Assembly: GCA_012295275.1 (NCBI GenBank)
Contig: CM022672.1
Coordinates: 9,672,001 to 9,736,000 of the forward strand
Reading direction: 5' to 3'
DNA length: 64,000 bases
From: Chrysomallon squamiferum
Taxonomy: Eukaryota; Animalia; Mollusca
The notes beneath the pieces were generated by a model, which had not been told where the DNA came from, made no database searches, and saw only the letters and a list, made by a program, of their open reading frames with translations. Position 1 is the first letter of the stretch; each line of letters opens with the position of its first letter. The translations under genes and the position numbers were made by a program. This document shows, piece after piece, positions 44,185-51,937 of the stretch.

Positions 44185-47100
44185 TTTAAAAATGTATTAT
44201 TTTCAGTAACTTAAGATATTAATTTGTCGTAATTTAACTCACTAATTTATTATATAAGTTTATCAAATTCTAATCTAAAATATTCTATTGATTTCCATTA
44301 CATGCATTTCAGAAACATTTAGGATAATTAATTTTTTTTTTTTTTTTTACTTTTACTAAGTTTACAGTTTATTAAATTAATAAAAAGCAATCAACAAGAG
44401 CAATATGATTTAATACAGTGATAATAATTAATAATGTTAAGTGGCATCTGAAAACCTTGGTATGTCATTACTGTATATTTACAACATTCTGAAAATTCTT
44501 TCTAATATTTATAATGTTCTGATATTACAGAAAAAAAATTATTTATTTATTTATCTTTCCAATATAGTTATTTCAGAAAATGTTGTTGATCCCTGCATAA
44601 CTGGAGACAATAAATGTGATGAATTTGCAACATGCAGTAGCACTTCTGATGGTGGTTATGATTGTACATGCATACAAGGTTATCAAGGAAACGGATATTC
44701 CTGTACAAGTAAATAATATCAAATTATTTTTGTTATATTTTATTTTTCTCATATTCACAACATTTTTGAAGTTTCGTGACCTTAATTGCACACACTAAAA
44801 TTGAAAGCCATGCTTATGCAGTTCACTGCACTGCAGAAATAAAATGCATTTATCAAGTAGTGATAATAAAAGAAAAAAGTTAATTAATTAACCATTATTT
44901 TATTTATTTTTATGTACTTATTTTGTTGGTGTTATTATATTAAAATAATCACTAAACTGTTACTTTGTACTACTTCAAGATCCTGTATAATTGTTGAGAA
45001 AGACTGTGCTAATAATGTTGAAATAAAATAACATCAAGTTAAAATATTATCTAGTTACCTTCTTAATGATACAACTATTTTCTTCAAACTATCATTTAAA
45101 TGGACTTGTTAGAAAATTACTTGATGTTAATAAAAAAAACATATTAATATACTGTTTCACAAATTTGCAATTTCATACAGTTTTCATTAAGCTAAAACAT
45201 TATTCCTTTCATTAGTTTCCAATCACAACTATTTTTTAGAAAGTGTCAGTGGAGCAGACAAATGCCTGAATGGAGGATATAAATGTCATAACAATGCTGA
45301 GTGTGTTAACACACCTCGAGGATACATTTGCCAGTGCAAATATGGTTTTGAAGGAGACGGCTACGACTGCAAAAGTAAAAACAAATAAAATATCCCAAAA
45401 TGTATCCCATTTACCTGGAACTTGTAAAATTCTAACCAAACAAACTGGAATCATCTGGCATTACTAATCTGGTTGAATATATATTATTATTTCCATCCAA
45501 ATTTAATTTTCCCAAACTTGTAAAATTCTAACCAAACAGTAAAATTTTCCCCAATACTAATCCTGACTGAACATCCTGTATATTTAAGTATTTTATACTC
45601 ACCATCCACTTAACAACAACTCTAATTAAAAACAAAACCTTTTAAACTGAAATTGCTAATCTGATTTTGACCTACAGTAAGTATTTATTTTTCCAATTTC
45701 AGTTATCTGCAGTTAATATAACATTATCACAGTGATAAAGACTAAATGAGTAATAATACATCACAAAAATGTTTTATTATTCCATTTAATCATTTAGTAT
45801 TAAAAAATCAATAAATGATCTGTTACATTTTCTATTAATGTTATCATGTCAGTTAATGTTTTAACAAATAATTTTTTAGCTAAAAGCCAATTAATTTTTT
45901 TTATTAAATATTTTTTTAAGCTAAAAATCAGATGTAAGAAAAGGCCTGTCATAAATGATGAAAAGAGACTGAATTTAATTACTTCAAACTCAAATTTCTA
46001 GTTTGGTCAAACGTTATAATAATATCATCTGTCACTTTGAATAGATGTAACCATTCTGTTCAAATCTTTTATATATCTGTAATTTCTGATTATGTGGCAG
46101 TGTCCTATCACAATAAATATTGTTTAGGTAATGTATAATTGATTAGTCTTAAAAGATGATAACTGTCTTAAATGTCCAATAATGCTTTTTTGATCTGCAA
46201 TTTTGCCCTTTTGAATAAAACAAAATTTACTTTGAGAACCAAAAACAACAGCAGTTCAGAAAAGGACAGTGTTATTGTCAACAAGTATGAATTTATTAAA
46301 AGGTTACTATGATGATTATGTAATAAATGCATATAAAATAAACTAGGAAGTGGTGATCATATTATTCAGTGTTAATGAGTTCTGTAATACATGTGTACAG
46401 ATGAATATTTCATATGCTTTCAGAAAGTTGCAAAAGTGAAAATGAAGAATTAAAGTATTTTCAAATGTTATTTTGAAACGGATTAATTGTAACTGAATTG
46501 CAGGATGACTAAACAATAAGGGCTAATGATGCAAAAATAGATATAAACTAATGTAGGCATACCAGTTTAGCAAATTAAATACAAAATAATAAATAAACAA
46601 TTATATAAATGAACATGTTTTAAAAAGAAAAGAATAATAATTTAAAAACATAACATATATATATATATATATTAATAATGACCCTCATGATAATGTTTCT
46701 TTACTGTACGCAAATATTTTTGCATCATGATGAAAAAAAATACTTGGAGATCATGTGGGGAGGGGTAATTGCTAAGAGCAATATTCACTTCAACTGAATA
46801 TTTACTAACTAGGATCTCTCAATATACTAAAGAAGGATTAACATTTAAATCATGGTGCTTTTAATACAGCATATCAGACAATATTTGTCCTGAATGTTTA
46901 GGTCAAATAAAATGTTCTCCTCCAAATGAAATATAGTTTGGTATTATCTAAAATTAGAAAACAGTGGAAGAGCTGAATTTAGATGTTATGACACCAAAGC
47001 TAATATTAAAAGAAAGATTAATATGTAATAATTAAACTGAAAACTTTAAAGACCCTTCGGATTGTAAGGCCCTCAGGATTAGTTTTCTTTAATTTTTATT

Positions 47101-50100
47101 CTGATCTAGCACACGAAATCAGATATTAAAATTATTTTATATGACACTGACAAAAAAAATGCAATTAGCAAATAATAGATTTTGAATTACGTCTACATTC
47201 CTACAGCTTTTTTATGTAAACTTTATTAGATAATTCATTTGATACATGAAACATAGTAAATGATAAAGCAAAAGCTTATCAATAAAAAAGAAAAAAAGAT
47301 GATCATGTAATTTATTCTTCTCATTTCCATTCTTAATTAACATTTTCATGAAAAAGTTATTTTTAATGGATGCTAGAATTTGTAATTTTTTATATATATA
47401 TTTTTTTATTCCATGGAATCACTTTTTGCAAAGAATTTAATGAAAATAATAATTTAAAATAAACATATCCCCAACCCAAAAAACCGTCTTGTGGCCACAG
47501 AAACATTTTTAGTGATTTTATTCTTGCCTTAACTTTATCTGTTTATATATCATTTGTTTATTTATACATTTTTGAAAATATACTCATATTTCTTTATTAT
47601 TTTCCCTTTTATTTACTCTACAGTTACAGAAAAAATATAAAGGAAAAATCACACATTTTCGGTATAATGGTCAAACTTTACTACTAGCAGAGGGTGGAGC
47701 ATAAATGTTACATGAAAAGATGCATTAGGCTATGTGTTACAACAATATATTAATTTCTTTTTCTTTAATTTCTTTTCTTTTTTTTTTTCTTTTTTTTTAA
47801 AATCTTTATTTGTCACACTACTCAATAAATGTAGAATTCATACAATTTCAGTTTTAAGGTAAGTATTGTTATTTCATTTATTTCTTTTGTCATAAATATC
47901 TACAATAAAAATAAATTTTAATACAACGTATATTTGAAAAAGCAAATATAATAATAAATGAATTGGAATATGTGTATATATAATAAACAGATAAAATTTA
48001 ATTTTAAAATCAAATTCCTGTCGTTTTTTCAATTTAACATTTTAATATTTTCCACACATTATTGTCATTGTTTATTTTTGTTTTGTTTCATTTGTTTTTT
48101 GTTTTGTTTTTACTTTGTCTCACTACACTACAAATCTAGAATTTATACATTTCCAGTTTTAAGATAAGTATTGTTATTTCTTTTATCTTTCTCATAAAAA
48201 TATAAAGTAAAAATAAAGTTTAATGTAAAGTATATTTGAATGAAAAAACAAATTCATATATATAAAATCCTGATTAGTGTTTTGGAAAATGCAGTTTGCC
48301 TTTTACTCTCCATTGTAGTTGTTTGATCCATAGTGCTTTCTGTACATATATAGATGTAGATGAATGTTCTACATTAACTCACATAACTGTATAGACCATG
48401 TGACATGCACTAATACACATTTATTTATTTATTGTTAATTGGTGCTACTTTGGTGTGTGGTATACGAGATCTAATGATCTACACCGAGCAAATTCGACTT
48501 TGGTGTGTGATCTTCATGCTTATTTTAATTATTATTTTGTTTATTTTTGATTTTCTATTATTACATTTCATGGTATATATGAAACAAATTTTCGAATTTT
48601 TTATATATTTATAATTTATAGGAACAAGAGCCAAAACATATACAAATTTTAATAATTTTATCAATTAACTGATTGAACATCTGCTAGAAATGCAAGACAA
48701 ATATCTTCAGCATTATTCCTCATCTGTAGCCAACAGAAATAATCAAGGTGTAATTAAAAGGTTCTTTTGTTCACTCATATCATCTTTTTCAAAATATGAA
48801 TTTTCAAATCCAACCAGTTCTTTCAATTTCTTGAGTACTGGCTCCAGTGTTTGGATCAGTGCAATGTCTTTGGTGGTTCACAGTAGAATGGCCATATTTC
48901 AGAATGAATAATCAAATAATGAATCCATTTAATCCATTTCCAATCAAAGCTAGGTTAAATATGTTGTATTACTGTACCTGCATGCTATAAACTGACATAT
49001 GCTTTTATGAAATACCAATATGGTTTCAGCACAAGTATTTGATTTATACTGCAAATATGATTGTTTCTAAAAGGGAAATCTTATAAATTGAATAATAAAA
49101 AAAGAATAAAAAAATAAATAAAGTAAAAATAATAATAATAATAATAATAATATATTAAAAATATATTATTTTCATAAACTTAAGATATATTAATTTGTCT
49201 TAAATTAACTCACTAATTATTATATAGATTTATCAAATTCTAATCTAAATGTTCTACTGATTTCCATTATTTTTATTTCAGAAACATTTAGGATAATTAA
49301 ATTTGTTTCTTTTTTCTTACTTTTACTAAGGTTACAAATTATTAAATCTGCAAAAAGTAATCAACAAGAGCAATATGAATTAAGAAAAGTGATAATAATA
49401 TGAATTAAGAAAAGTGATAAAATATTAAGTGGCATCTGAAAACCTTGGTATGTCATTACTGTTTATTTTCAACATTCTGAAAATTCTGTCTAATGTTTAT
49501 AATGTTCTGATATTAATGAAAAAAATGTATTTATTTATTTATTTATTTATCTTTCCAATATAGTTATTTCAGAAAATGTTGTTGACCCCTGCATAACTGG
49601 AGACAATAAATGTGATGAATTTGCAACATGTAGTAGCACTTCTGATGGTGGTTATGATTGTACATGCATACAAGGTTATCAAGGAAATGGATATTCCTGT
49701 ACAAGTAAATAATATCAAATTATTTTTGTTATATTTTATTTTTCTCATATACACACATTTTTAAAGCTCAGTTTCATGACCTTAAATCAAACAACATTAA
49801 GTTAATATCTTGTTATTGTCTTAACAATACGACTATAATCATTAATTGGGTTTGTTAGAAAATTACCTGATGCTAGTAAAAAGCATGTCAATATACTTTT
49901 ATGAAATTTGCTATTTTATACACTGTTCCTTAAGTATAAAAACCTATATATCTCTGTTATTAGTTTCCAATCACAACTATTTTTTAGAAAGTGCCAGTGC
50001 AACAAACAAATGCCTGAATGGAGGATATAAATGTCATAACAATGCTGAGTGTGTTAACACACCTCAAGGATACATTTGCCAGTGCAAATATGGTTTTGAA

Positions 50101-51894
50101 GGAGATGGCTACGATTGCAAAAGTAAATACAAATAAAATATCCCAATACATATCCACTTACCTAGTATTGGTAAAATTCTAAACAAACAAACTTAAAACA
50201 TCTGGCATTACTAATATATATTATTATTTTCATCCAATTTTAATTTTCTAAAACTTTCCCAATACTAATCTTATTTGAACATCCAGTTTATTTCAGTATT
50301 ATATACCCATTTTCCAACTGCCAACAACTGTAATTTAAAAACAAATTACTAATTTGATTTTGAACTCTAGTAAGTAGTTATTTATTTTCCCAAACTTACA
50401 TATATTTTCAGTTAATCTATTATAATATAATATATATTAATATTATAAAATTATAAAGACAAAATGAGTAATAATTTAACATAATTTAATAAAATGTGAA
50501 TTATACAGTCTAGTCCACTACATCATTGCAGTTTCATCTTTTAAGTTTGCACTGATAAAATTCAAACCAAAGAAAAGGGTTATCTTAAATGATGTATATA
50601 GATTGAAATTGCAGTTATTTTATTCATATCATTTAATTACTTCAAACAATTAAGTCTGATGAAATAATAACTATTTCTAAATCAAATTACATTTTTGATC
50701 GAACTTTCTAATATAACATTTACCATAAATAATTATTATAAATAGTTTGAAATTAATACCTTCTACTTCAGTAATTGTAATTAAAAGCAAAACTTTTTAA
50801 ACTCAAAATCTGTTTTGACTTCTTGTATGTATTTGTTTTTGCAATCACACTTGTATCTGCAATTAATATAAGACAAATGCTACTAATATATCATAAAATG
50901 TTTTATTATTTCTTTTAGTCATGAAATCATAATAATTTGGTAAAAGATCTGTTACATTTTCAGTTAATGTTATCATGTTAATTTTTCAAATAATTTTTTT
51001 TTTCAAATTAAAAATATACAAAACAAAAGGATTGTCATGAATGATGAATATAGACTGAACTTGTAATTACTTCATTTTAAACCATTTAATTATTTCAAAT
51101 GGAAAACATTCTGAAAAAAATATAAATCTTTCAAACTCAGATGACTGGTCAAAGTTTATTATTGTTATCTGAAGATGTTAATTATTATAACATTTTTCAA
51201 ATTACTACAGTGATCATATAATTTGTGATACTAAGAAAATGTAATTTTTATTGGAAACTTGAGTATTTTTTTTTAATTATTATTTATTTATTTATTTCCT
51301 AATAAATAAATTAATTAAAAAGTAAATAAAAAAAATAATAAAAAAAAATAATAAAACAGTAGCAAACAAATAAAAAAACACACACACATGCACATCTAAA
51401 GAAAAGTTTCCAATATTTTCACCATTGATATTTTAACATGACCTATTTATTTATTTATTTAATCAGACTCACTTATTATTATTACTATTTTTTTTTATTA
51501 TTTAATATTTTAACACACTGAGAGAGCATAAATGGAAAATCATAAATTGTCTGTATAATGGCCATATTTTATTTTGATTTTGTTATTTATTTATACATTT
51601 TTTATTTATTTTTTATTTTTTTTCCCAAAATTTCTTTACAAATTCACACAATTCCAGTTTTAAAATACATATTGTTATTTATTTTATGATTTTTTTCATA
51701 AAAGTAATAATATATTTCTTAAATTAAAAATTTAATAATTCTAATACAATGTACACGTAATAATAATAACAATAACAATATATGAATAAATAATTGATTG
51801 CAATTTTGAAATATGTGTAAATATAATAAACAGATAAAAAAAATTCTTTAAACTTTTTTAAACAAAACAACCCTGTTGTTTATTAATATTATTA

Positions 51895-51937
<43 letters not shown>

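Noticed and set aside
23902-45467. ORFs such as [11 protein letters not shown]..., MEDINVITM..., MTKMPSVLK...
   Set aside because: Wrong-frame readings of real EGF exons.
48690-48911. Plus-strand 73-aa [11 protein letters not shown]...
   Set aside because: Antisense shadow of the transposase remnant.
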